A stretch of DNA of 64,000 nt from Bacilli bacterium (GTDB taxonomy: Bacteria; Bacillota_I; Bacilli_A; RFN20; CAG-826). Position numbers and translations under genes: made by a program. The stretch lies in assembly GCA_017626815.1 (NCBI GenBank), contig JAGAHY010000140.1:404-64403 (forward strand), in the 5' to 3' direction. Under the pieces are notes generated by a model. The model saw nothing but the letters and a program-made list of their open reading frames with translations, did no database searches and was not told the DNA's origin. Below are positions 1 through 9,422 of this stretch, one piece after another (the first letter of the stretch is position 1; every line of letters starts with the position of its first letter).

Positions 1-93
1 TATGAAAACGAATACGAAAAAGCCATGATTGAACTCCGAAAAATCACAATTCCCGAACAATACGAACTGCTGAAACAATCATCCGAAGAATAA
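1..93 (+). CDS. C-terminal fragment of an unknown CDS truncated by the window start (…YENEYEKAMIELRKITIPEQYELLKQSSEE*)
   Basis: Open frame from nt 1 to TAA at 91-93. There is no similarity clue. Confidence 0.25.
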   Translation, partial: YENEYEKAMIELRKITIPEQYELLKQSSEE

Positions 94-358
94 GCAAAAT
101 TCCAGTTTCTCGACACGTTCCCCTTAACGGGCATGTTGTTGTCCGTCATAGATTTTTGTTGGCCAAACGTCAAATTAAATTGCGTTTCCGTCAAATTGTT
201 TTCAAAAAAATGGCCTCAAACTGATATGTTTTTTGCTATAGGTTTCCGAAAAAACGCCGCTGACATCTAGCAAGGGTATTATAATTGCGCATACGAGATA
301 ACGACTCTTTTCCCGCCAATAGCAGGGCCTTTGGCTATCGCTAAGCTTAGGCCAGCAC

Positions 359-919
359 CTATTCCAATGACGCCAAATAGCGGATGATCCTTGCGGGATT
401 GCCTGCCACGACGCAACTTTCGGGAACGTCTTTCGTGACGACCGACCCCGCGCCTATCACCACCTTATTGCCGATGGTGACCCCTGGCAAGATGATCGCT
501 CCGGCGCCGATCCAAACGTCATCGCCGATCGTGACGTCAACGGGGATGTTGATCCCATCTCTACGGGCGTCTGGTTCTATGGGGTGAGTGACGGAAAGGA
601 TCATGACTTTTGGGCCGAACTTGCAATTATCCCCGATCGTGATTTTGCCTGCGTCAAGGAAGACGCAGTCGAAATTGGCGAAGAAGTTCTTGCCGATATA
701 GATGCTGGTCCCGTAATCGCAATGGAAGGGTGGCTTGATGAAGACGCCTTCGCCAACCTCGCCAAAAAGAGTGGAAAGGAGTTCTGCTCGGCGGGCTTGG
801 TCCTCTTCGGAGGAGTTGTACAATTCGCAAAAGCGGCGGGTATCCGCCTTCATTTTCATGAGTTTTTCGTCGCTGCCGAAGTATTCCTCTCCTCTGAGCA
901 TCTTTTCTAATTCGTCCAT
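359..919 (-). CDS. Sugar O-acetyltransferase, hexapeptide-repeat family (maltose/galactoside O-acetyltransferase-like)
   Basis: 186 aa. Left-handed beta-helix hexapeptide repeats (IGDNCKFGPKVMI…IGDDVWIGAGAIILPGVTIGNKVVIGAGSVV). Overall Maa/LacA architecture. Confidence 0.85.
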   Translation of the reverse strand: MDELEKMLRGEEYFGSDEKLMKMKADTRRFCELYNSSEEDQARRAELLSTLFGEVGEGVFIKPPFHCDYGTSIYIGKNFFANFDCVFLDAGKITIGDNCKFGPKVMILSVTHPIEPDARRDGINIPVDVTIGDDVWIGAGAIILPGVTIGNKVVIGAGSVVTKDVPESCVVAGNPARIIRYLASLE

Positions 920-1477
920 TTAGCGGTCCTCCCATTAGACAACGTCTTCTCACATTATACCAATCGCGCCTTCATTTCGGTATAACGGCAGACCAGAAAA
1001 CGAGGCGACTCTTGCGCAGTTTTGGCCATTTTTGCGCGTGTATCTATATATACAATCGAGGGAAAAGATTTGCCTTAGTGAACGCAGAGGTCCTAAAGCG
1101 TATTTTCAGTGCGTTAATTGAGGGATAAAGAATGAATCACTCGGTTTTTGTTATTCGCCATATTCGAATCCTGGATAACGAATATATAAGGTACATAGAA
1201 ATATTGATATGAGGATTAAGGGGCCCCAGGTGGCTTTTCGTTGACAAAAGGGGGCGGAAAGGCCCGTGGAAGCATGCATATATGTGCCGATAATCCCCCG
1301 AAAGTTGAACTGGGCGGATATGTCAAAAAGCAGCACCAGGCTTCTAATCGTGCTTCTACAAGATTGCTTTATTGTGACATTATAGCGACATTTATTGTGG
1401 CAAGAAGCAGCCCACCTTGCGTTTTAAGACAAAAACAGGGCATAAACACTTTCCTATTTGCGTTTTTGTGGGTTTTC

Positions 1478-2677
1478 TCAATCGGGCAAAACAAAGTTCG
1501 CGTAATCCTCTAGGGCTTTGTTATCGGGGATTTCGGCTTGCGCGGCGAAGGTTGGCCAGTTCCGCACAGCGGATTTGACTTCCTTGATGATGACATCCAT
1601 CTTTCGTTTATTCAGCCCCGAGTCGATTCCAACTTTGAGGAGGTCATTGATCGTGATTCCCTCGAATTTGCCGTTGATCAGGCATTGGTGGTTATTGATG
1701 TAGTTGCTGTTGGGGTCGTTCGCGTACGATAAATCGTATGCAGGCGACAATCTCCATTTTCTCTCCCGGTCCATTAAGAAGGAGAAGTTCTTCGAATGGT
1801 CATCGAAGTTGTTAGAGATGACGTTATAGACCATGCGGCGGAAGAGTTCGTAGCGATCTTCGAAAGGGCAACGGAGACGTTCTAAGATGGAAAACAGGGC
1901 GCCATAGGAAAAGCTATGCTTGTCCGCGTAATCGATGTGGGTGAGGCTACAGGCGGTGGCCATGTGGCGTTTGCGAAGCGCCCCCTTTTCGTCGACGCAG
2001 CGGTCGAAGCGCTTGGCCATGAAGTGGTAATCGTCACCTTCTTTGAGCAAGCGGCAATCGGCCATGTTGATGCCGGCGCTTCGGGCCATGAGGTAGTAGG
2101 CGTATTCCTCCCTGGTTTGGAAGGAGTCGAAGAAAGAATCCTTTTCTTCCTTGGCGAGCCTATCGAATTTGATGATCCAATAGGTAAAGCCCTCCCCGGC
2201 ATCGATCTGTCCCGAGCGGTAGACGCCCGTAGTTTCATTATAGGCGATGATGGCTTTCGCTTTGGCCCCGCCGGCGGAGGAACCGATCTTGATGAGGTCG
2301 CGCAGCCTTCCAATTTCCGGCTTGATCTTGGATGTGCTTCGTCTTTTGAGCACGTCTTTTGCCGCATTCGCGATATCCTCGATGCGAATTTCGGTCGATT
2401 CGTCTAAAGACCCATCGAGATGGGGTTAGTATTCTAGGGCCCCCATGCCGCGCTTTCCGATATAAAGAAGTTCCTCAATCGGGGTGAGCGAGTTCTTGTC
2501 CCTGCCGATGGAAATGAGGTACTCGTTGATGACCTTCCTGCCGAACTTGTCGGGGAGCGAGTCCGCGAATAGGCCTGGCAGCGTGCGGAACGTCTCGCTT
2601 GTTAAACGCGGGAAGGAGTAGGGTTCTTTGCGCAAGGGCATCACGATGGGGGATATCTCGATGTCTCTAAAGGTCAA
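1478..2677 (-). pseudogene. hipA: hipA-like type II toxin kinase, 5'-truncated and interrupted by an in-frame TAA at 2426-2428 (ORFs 2426..2677 plus 1478..2353 are in the same frame)
   Basis: The N-terminal HipA region (…SFPRLTSETFRTLPGLFADSLPDKFGRKVINEYLISIGRD…GMGALEY*) is followed in frame by the HipA C-terminal kinase domain (…NNFDDHSKNFSFL…LSPAYDLSYAN). The paralog at 6001-6579 has TAT (Tyr) where this copy has TAA. Confidence 0.7.
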
Positions 2678-2929
2678 TAGTATGGCTTTTAAGTAGAAAT
2701 ATAAGTCATAAAGGACAAAGATATGAACTTTAAATGTATCGAAAAAGGTTTGCGCATCACGCTCCGTTAATTCAAGGAAATGGGGCTACTGGAAAACCTC
2801 ATGGTTTGATCAGAGACTCCTTTTAGGAGAAACGAGCTAGTGAGCAAAGGGACAAACTCAAATATACCCTTAATATCCATGAGAATCCGCGCAAAAACGG
2901 ACTATTTCCATGATGATCTCTTTTGGTCC

Positions 2930-3640
2930 TTATTTATCTTGAGCGTTGAAGCTAGCAAAGCGTGACCCCGCCTCAAACGTCATTTTGTGGGTGCCTTGCA
3001 TATAGTCGGTCTTGCCGGTGTAGGGGTCGGGCTCGACGTCGGCGCGGTTGGACAAATCCCAAGAAACGGCAGTAGCGCTGTTTGCGATGCTCTTGCTCAC
3101 GCCGAAATATAGCGTGAAGCCGTTGATGTCCTGCGTGGAGCCAAAACGAGCCGGATAAGATGCGCCATCGATGACGTAGGTGATGCCTAATGATATGGCG
3201 CCCTCTTTGAAGCTGAGGCTTTCGACCCGCGCGGCGTGGCAGTTTTCATCCAAGAACGAGCCAGAGCAAGGAATCGTGAAAACGGCGAGGTCGTAAGCGG
3301 CAAAGAAAGATTGGCCTAGTTCGGGCAAATAGGCTTTTTCCCTTTCACTTGTTTGGGTGGCAAAGCCCTCATAATCCCCCTTGCTGGAGATGAACCAGGT
3401 TCCGCAATAATCGTCGACCCACCAAAAGCTATCATAGTCGCCTTCGCTCACGAGATCATAGATGCCACTATAGAATGGCATGACGCCTGGCAGAAGCGAT
3501 AGGCCTTCGGCAACCGTGGGTTCAAAAGCGGAACTGCTTTCGACCGGATTAGAAGAAACGACTGATGAAGAGCCCCCGTTGCCGCTCCCGCAAGAGGTTA
3601 GAGCAAGCAGGGCTAGGGACATAATGGCGAACGTTTTCAT
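2930..3640 (-). CDS. Lipoprotein of unknown function (signal peptide with lipobox LALTSC)
   Basis: 236 aa. N-terminal MKTFAIMSLALLALTSCGSG lipoprotein signal. Sits 12 nt downstream of the S8 protease gene on the same strand. Confidence 0.6.
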   Translation of the reverse strand: MKTFAIMSLALLALTSCGSGNGGSSSVVSSNPVESSSAFEPTVAEGLSLLPGVMPFYSGIYDLVSEGDYDSFWWVDDYCGTWFISSKGDYEGFATQTSEREKAYLPELGQSFFAAYDLAVFTIPCSGSFLDENCHAARVESLSFKEGAISLGITYVIDGASYPARFGSTQDINGFTLYFGVSKSIANSATAVSWDLSNRADVEPDPYTGKTDYMQGTHKMTFEAGSRFASFNAQDK

Positions 3641-3651
3641 GTTTTTGCCTC

Positions 3652-5547
3652 CTATAAAGTCGGATCGATGGGGAAGAAGCCGCCAGCGGTGTCGATGTAA
3701 TGGCCGCAGTTTACGCAGCGTCTATAAGTATGTCCAAGGATAGTATAAATATCGGTTGCGGATAGTAAATGCATAACAAGTTCATAATCGCCACATGCGC
3801 AATACGCCTTGTCCCAAGACTGATCATGGTATTGGTAATAACTGGAGCAGACGTGGCGTTTACACCCATAGAACGTGACTGCCCCTTGGCTATTCTGCCC
3901 TCCGACGTTGTTGCCGACAATTCTGACGTTACCGGTTACGCGCACCACGTCCGATGTTTGGTTCTTGTAATGCGCGTGAACGATTTCCGGGCCCACCGAC
4001 GAACTGGCGAGAACGTTGTTGTTCGTGTCGAGGATGTTAATCTGATGCGTCGTGAACGTTATAGCAGACGGCGATCCCACATTATATGATGTGGAGCCAT
4101 TTCCAGAGACGAGGTGAGTGTCAACGACATCCAGCGTATCGCCAGGGTACACATCGAGAACAACCGATTTAATCGTATGCCCATTACCATAGTACGAACC
4201 ATAGGAATATGTTTCAAATAAGTTATCCGACAGTATTTCTCTGGCGCTTGGATAATAGGCGATACCCGCTCCCGAAACCGCGTCCCAGAAAGTCGTTTGA
4301 TTCGCTGTGTAATATGCACCATTAATAATTGACGACATAAAAAGGCTGGGTTTTGCAATCAAATCAGGATGTTCTTCCATGAGCAAGGCAATCATCCCCG
4401 CAACAGCTGGGGCGGACATGCTTGTCCCACCGAAACCACTATAGCCATTGATGTCTGTAACGACGAAATCAGAACCTGGAGCCATAATGGTGGGCTTGGA
4501 CAAAATGCCGCTATATGCACTGTCATAGACATAGCAGCTTGCCTCAGGTAATAAGGTTGTTGAACTAATGCGCCCGACTGTTAACGCGTTGGCCGCAAGC
4601 CCGGGGGAAGGAATCCAATAATTCCCTTCTGATTCGTTTCCGGCTGCAACGGTAAAAGATATGCCTGTTGCTCGTACCATATAGTCCAAATAGGCGCACT
4701 CTCCGTTATATAAATGGTTGCCTGTATACATTAGAGCATACGAAATCACATTGGCCCCTTGCTGCACCATCCAGTCAAATGCCTCAATAAACGTATGTGT
4801 GCCGCCGTAAGAATACGAAAGGAGGTCTGCCCCTGGAGCGGCGCCGTCATCGCCTGCAGCGATTACGGCCATCATGGTAGGATGGGCGCCACCGTTGGTT
4901 CCCCCTCCATAGGTTATCGAGTGACCACTGAGCAAAAAGGTAGACTGGATGAGGGAACCATCGATTATCCCGATTTTGATGCCGCTGCCATCGTAGAGGG
5001 GCGTATCCTCACCGAGCATGGGAGCAAGCTGCTCCCTGACATTAGAATAGTTTTCGCGTGTTGGGCCAGAGCCGCCCTCTTCGCTAAGTTGGCTTTCCAA
5101 ATTTGCTGCTATAATGGGCTCCACCCACACATTCGCCAAACTTTCCTTGCCCAGCTTTTGATCAAGAGTAAATGCAAAGCTCTCTGCTTCGTCAAACGAT
5201 TCAAACGTGGCACAAAGAAAGGGTGAATACGCCGAGACGCTGACGCACTGTGGCAAATCGAGCTTCGACAAAACGGCCTTATTGTTATCGGAATGGTAGG
5301 CGCGGACTCTTTCTCGCTGCGCTGCGAGTTCGCGTTGACTGGCCTCTAACGAATCGCCTAATTTAGAATCATCTATGGCTAATTCAGAGTAGTTGAGCTG
5401 AGCTGTAACTCTAAAAGTTTTTTGCTCCTCTAAATCGCCATTCATCTGATTTTTGTCGGCGCGCACAAAAGAGGGCTCCGAGGGTATTGCCGAGATACGG
5501 AAAAGGATAGCGAGTAGAGCAACGGATAGACATTTACCAATAATCAT
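3652..5547 (-). CDS. Secreted subtilisin-like serine protease (peptidase S8) with N-terminal propeptide and Cys-rich C-terminal tail
   Basis: 631 aa. Signal peptide. Catalytic triad motifs GIKIGIIDGS (Asp), HPTMMAVIAAG (His) and GGTSMSAPAVAG (Ser). Confidence 0.85.
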   Translation of the reverse strand: MIIGKCLSVALLAILFRISAIPSEPSFVRADKNQMNGDLEEQKTFRVTAQLNYSELAIDDSKLGDSLEASQRELAAQRERVRAYHSDNNKAVLSKLDLPQCVSVSAYSPFLCATFESFDEAESFAFTLDQKLGKESLANVWVEPIIAANLESQLSEEGGSGPTRENYSNVREQLAPMLGEDTPLYDGSGIKIGIIDGSLIQSTFLLSGHSITYGGGTNGGAHPTMMAVIAAGDDGAAPGADLLSYSYGGTHTFIEAFDWMVQQGANVISYALMYTGNHLYNGECAYLDYMVRATGISFTVAAGNESEGNYWIPSPGLAANALTVGRISSTTLLPEASCYVYDSAYSGILSKPTIMAPGSDFVVTDINGYSGFGGTSMSAPAVAGMIALLMEEHPDLIAKPSLFMSSIINGAYYTANQTTFWDAVSGAGIAYYPSAREILSDNLFETYSYGSYYGNGHTIKSVVLDVYPGDTLDVVDTHLVSGNGSTSYNVGSPSAITFTTHQINILDTNNNVLASSSVGPEIVHAHYKNQTSDVVRVTGNVRIVGNNVGGQNSQGAVTFYGCKRHVCSSYYQYHDQSWDKAYCACGDYELVMHLLSATDIYTILGHTYRRCVNCGHYIDTAGGFFPIDPTL

Positions 5548-6000
5548 ATAAACTCCTTTCGTTTATTCAGGTACATTTTCTGAGCGGGTTTTTGATAGTC
5601 GGTCAAGAATGAATGTTTGCGACAATTAATTTGTTGATTTGCCAAAGGGAAGAGGCCAAATTGTTCGCTTAATTTTCCCTTCATCAATAAAGAGCCGCTT
5701 TCACTAGTTAAGACAATCGAATTGTGGGAAATGTCTAAAAGAATTCTAGCAGCACACCAAACCGCGGTTTAATTCTCTCGGCAATTCCTGGTTAATTTGG
5801 CATCCGTGAGCAACAAATGCCTCGGCAGGCGCTCATTTTTCGGATATTTCTCGTCCTGCCTTTTTATGCGGAAGAGGTAAGCGAACCAGTTCAGATAGCC
5901 CTGGAGATACTCATCCGTCCTCGTGCCTGTGAATCTGGAGAGGAAGCGCTTGACCCATGAAGAGAACGAGCTTATCAGCTGCATAGCCCTAAGCGATTCC

Positions 6001-6579
6001 TCATCCTTCACCGTCGATCTGCCCGGAGCGGTAGACGCCCGTAGTTTCATTATAGGCGATGATGGCTTTCGCTTTGGCCCCGCCGGTGGAGGAGCCGATC
6101 TTGATGAGGTCGCGTAGCTTTCCGATTTCCGGCATGATTTCGGATTCGCTTCGCCTTTTGAGTACGTCTTTTGCCGCATTCGCGATATCCTCGATGCGAA
6201 TTTCGGTCGATTCGTCTAAAGACCCATCAAGATGGGGATAGTATTCTAGGGCGCCCATGCCGCGTTTGCCGATGCAAAGAAGTTTCTCAATCGGGGTGAG
6301 CGAGTTCTTGTCCCTGCCGATGGAAATGAGGTATTCGTTGATGGCCTTTCTGCCGAATTTGTCGGGGGACGAATCCGCGAATAGGCCTGGCAGTGTGCGG
6401 TAGGTTTCGCTGGTCAGACGTGGAAAGGAGTAGGACTCTCTACGCAGAGGCAACATAATGGGCGAAATCTCGATTCCGCGCGCGATGAAAGATGGGTCGT
6501 AGGTGAAATAGACGTTGTTCTCTTCGTCGTTGGCTAGATAACCAACGAGGGTGCCCCAAAGCTTGACCTCCGCGATCAT
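6001..6579 (-). pseudogene. hipA: hipA paralog retaining only the N-terminal ~190 aa; the kinase domain is replaced by unrelated sequence
   Basis: About 90% nt identity to 2209-2655. The frame continues through the position that is a stop in copy 1 (…GMGALEYYPHLDG…) but ends at …SGQIDGEG with no kinase domain. Confidence 0.65.
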
Positions 6580-7003
6580 TGTTCGTCACCCCAAGGCATG
6601 GTTGTCGCCTTCTTTTTCTTTTTATGGCGAAAATAAGTCCTATACCAGGGAGGAGTTCCTCCGCGGGAAGAGCAAACCCTTGAACGCGAAACTCATGAAG
6701 ATCGCCATCAACATCGAACTGACCGATCAGACTGGAAAGGGCAACAAGGACATCGTCAAGGCCTATGGCCCGGGGGCCTTTGAGCTCTGCGACAGCTTCC
6801 TCACCGTGAGGATTCCGTATAATCCGCTCGCTTTGGACTCGCCGCTTTCGAACGGGGGCGGTGTAAGTGGCGGAGAAGTCGAAAGCGATGACTTCGCGGC
6901 CATCCTCTCCCTCGTTTCCGAATCCGGCGGGGCAACAACGGCGGATATTGTGTCCGGGACGGGGATACCCAAAAGAACCGTTGAACGCCGTTTGGCACCT
7001 TAA
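6551..7003 (+). pseudogene. Remnant of an AAA-4/HATPase_c_4-type transcriptional regulator (C-terminal part with HTH …ADIVSGTGIPKRTVERRLA), truncated
   Basis: A 150-aa ORF. Only the C-terminal portion resembles the regulator family. The matching N-terminal AlbA_2 domain is absent here. Confidence 0.35.
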
Positions 7004-7169
7004 AGAAGGAGAAGAGAATCGTCCGTGTCGGCTCCGACAAAAACGGACATTGGGAACTTCCGGGAGGGAGCGGCTCCGTTTCGGTCCTAATCTCTTTGCC
7101 GGTAGATTCGTGCCTGAATGTGAGTTCTTTTTCGCTTTAGACTATCAATTATCGTGATTTCGAGCCAAC

Positions 7170-7189
7170 TTCTACCTCAGGTAGAGAAA
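7170..7189. promoter_or_regulatory. Palindromic candidate operator TTCTACC-TCA-GGTAGAGAAA, 68 bp upstream of the HTH-ABC fusion gene
   Basis: Perfect CTACC/GGTAG inverted repeat. The same motif (TTCTACC-GAAA-GTAGAGAAAAA) recurs at 31989-32010 upstream of the paralogous operon. Confidence 0.45.
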
Positions 7190-7256
7190 TAATCGCCCAA
7201 AAAATTTGTTTTTGGCCACCCGTTGCTCAATGATATGGAACGTTTGGAGGATGCTT

Positions 7257-9422
7257 ATGGAAAAACAATACGAAATCGGCAACCTTATCACGAAGCTACG
7301 GAAAGAGAAGAAACTGACGCAGTCTAAACTTGCCGAATCCCTCGGCGTGACAGACAAGTCGGTATCCAAATGGGAGAACGGGAAATGCCTCCCCGACGCT
7401 AGAATCATGCCTCGGCTGTGCGAGATACTTGGCATTACGGTAGAGGAGTTGCTGAATGGCGAATTGAACCCAATCACCGGTTCTACGGAACTAGACGACC
7501 TTCAGCGCCTTGAGCACGTATATAAATATTATTCCGATGATAGCCGCCTCAACGTCGGCGTTTATGACGTGAACCTTACCATGAACCTTGGGGAGGTGAT
7601 CGCTATAACGGGCCCATCGGGGTCAGGGAAATCCACGCTGCTCAAAACCATCGCCGGCATGGTACGGTTTGAGCATGGCGAAATCTATATAAGGAAAGAG
7701 GGCATTTCCCGCTTTGACGAGAGGGACTATGAGTCCTATCGGAAGGCGTTCGTTGGCTATATCTCGCAAAGCTATGGCGTCTTAGAACATTACAGCCTGC
7801 TGGACAACCTCATCATCGTTCGCCTACTGATGGGGGATGGATATGGCGAAGCCAAGAAAAAGGCCCGCGATATGCTGAGGAAATTGGGATTTTTCCGCTT
7901 CGCGAATAAAAAGGCTTCAAAACTATCCGGCGGCCAAAAGCAGAAGCTCGCGATCGCTCGGGCGCTACTGAAGGATACGCCGATGATTCTGGGAGATGAA
8001 ATCACGGCCTCTTTGGATAAGAAGAGCGCGAAAGAGGCGCTGTCCTTCCTTTTTAAGCACTGCGAAGGGAAGGTGGTGGTGCTAGTGACGCACCACTTCG
8101 AGGAGATGGAGGAGTGGTGCACGCGCAAGATCGTCATGGGCGAAGGGCGAATCGTTTCGGACGAGTCGCTTATGGTGAAGCCTAAGCTTAGCGCCAAAGG
8201 CGTCGAAGAACCCGCTCGAACAAAGAAGCGGTTCCTTTTCATCCCCTTGCTTAGAAATCGCTTTGGGCTATTTTGCGTTTTGTCCATGCTTGCCCTAATA
8301 CCCATAGGGACGATCATCGCCGGGAATTATGGCCTCGATATCGCTTATGAGCAGACTTCCCATCGATCCGCCGATCGACTGTTTTCGGAGAATGAGCTTC
8401 TGGTGCGCAAACAGGATGGCTTCTCCATGGAAGAGGTTGAGCGCATCGCTACCTCGACGGAAGGAACTGGCGTCATCGCGATAAAGCAAGGCGGGGAGTA
8501 TAGGCTTGTCGCTACGCCGAAAGTAGAGCAAGGCAAACTGATTTACCGCAGTCCCTATGGCTGGGGTGGCACATCCGTTTGGTTTGCGAAAACGGAGATT
8601 CGCCTTGAGGAAGGCTATTGCGAAATGAACCTCGGCGATTATCTAGAGATTCTGCCCACTCTATGCTTTTTTCAGAAGAAACAGTTCTCTTCCATCGGTT
8701 TGACCTATCTTGATGGCGATGGGGCAAGCCAAGAATGGCAGGCTTATTCCAATGTGCTGATCCTGGATGAATCGGTTACGGATTTCATTGTCCCTCAGGA
8801 ACTATTGCCTGAGGGTTCCCGCCCTGAATCGGTGATCCTTCCCGATGGGACGGCGATCACCGATGTCACAACCCAGTGGCCAGGCCTCGATCTTAGGGGC
8901 CGTGCCCTTGGCATTCCCAAGCGCTACTTCGAATGCTTTGCGGACAGGGTGACGGACTTGCGTTTGCTTTGCCCCAAAGGGGAAAAGGCCGAGATGAAGG
9001 CTTCCCTGGTTCGGGAGGGCTATGTCTGCGCGACGAGCGAAGATGAGCTGGGCAGCCTACAGGATAACAGCCAACTTTTCATAATGGAGACGGCTTTTGC
9101 AGGCATTTCGATCATTGTTGTCACGGTTGTGCTCCTGTTGGCCAGAAAGCTTTCCTCGTCTATTTTGAAATCTCAGAAGAACGAGTTGGAGACCCTTCAT
9201 CAAATCGGCTTTTCCTTTGAGATTATCGGTTTGTCCTATGCGGGCCTGGAGTTTTTGCCCGTATTCGTTGCTTGCTTGGGTTTTGCCATAGCAAGCGGGT
9301 TCATGGGCTTTGCGAGTCCGGTTTTGCTTTGGCTGTCTTTCATTGAGCTTGCTTGCTGCTGCGCGTTTTTGATGAAGGGCAGCGCGAAGACTATAAAGAA
9401 GTTATTGGAGTTGGAACGATGA
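7257..9422 (+). CDS. Fusion protein: N-terminal XRE-family HTH, ABC ATPase domain, C-terminal multi-TM FtsX-like permease region
   Basis: Start taken at MEKQYEIG with a GGAGG RBS; the ORF-track start at 7206 is upstream of it. HTH: LTQSKLAESLGVTDKSVSKWENGK. Walker A GPSGSGKST, signature LSGGQKQK, Walker B ILGDE, H-loop VTHH. Hydrophobic C-terminal third. Confidence 0.8.
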   Translation: MEKQYEIGNLITKLRKEKKLTQSKLAESLGVTDKSVSKWENGKCLPDARIMPRLCEILGITVEELLNGELNPITGSTELDDLQRLEHVYKYYSDDSRLNVGVYDVNLTMNLGEVIAITGPSGSGKSTLLKTIAGMVRFEHGEIYIRKEGISRFDERDYESYRKAFVGYISQSYGVLEHYSLLDNLIIVRLLMGDGYGEAKKKARDMLRKLGFFRFANKKASKLSGGQKQKLAIARALLKDTPMILGDEITASLDKKSAKEALSFLFKHCEGKVVVLVTHHFEEMEEWCTRKIVMGEGRIVSDESLMVKPKLSAKGVEEPARTKKRFLFIPLLRNRFGLFCVLSMLALIPIGTIIAGNYGLDIAYEQTSHRSADRLFSENELLVRKQDGFSMEEVERIATSTEGTGVIAIKQGGEYRLVATPKVEQGKLIYRSPYGWGGTSVWFAKTEIRLEEGYCEMNLGDYLEILPTLCFFQKKQFSSIGLTYLDGDGASQEWQAYSNVLILDESVTDFIVPQELLPEGSRPESVILPDGTAITDVTTQWPGLDLRGRALGIPKRYFECFADRVTDLRLLCPKGEKAEMKASLVREGYVCATSEDELGSLQDNSQLFIMETAFAGISIIVVTVVLLLARKLSSSILKSQKNELETLHQIGFSFEIIGLSYAGLEFLPVFVACLGFAIASGFMGFASPVLLWLSFIELACCCAFLMKGSAKTIKKLLELER

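Noticed and set aside
1882-2367. 161-aa ORF (and its paralog 5769-6179) starting MRQKT(C/Y)SK…, Pro/Ser/Arg-rich
   Set aside because: Both lie antisense to the hipA copies. They owe their similarity to the hipA duplication. Composition is low-complexity. They are treated as antisense artefacts.
7172-7477. 101-aa minus-strand ORF (and paralog 31991-32224)
   Set aside because: Antisense to the conserved HTH-coding 5' end of the ABC fusion genes. Conservation is explained by the sense strand.
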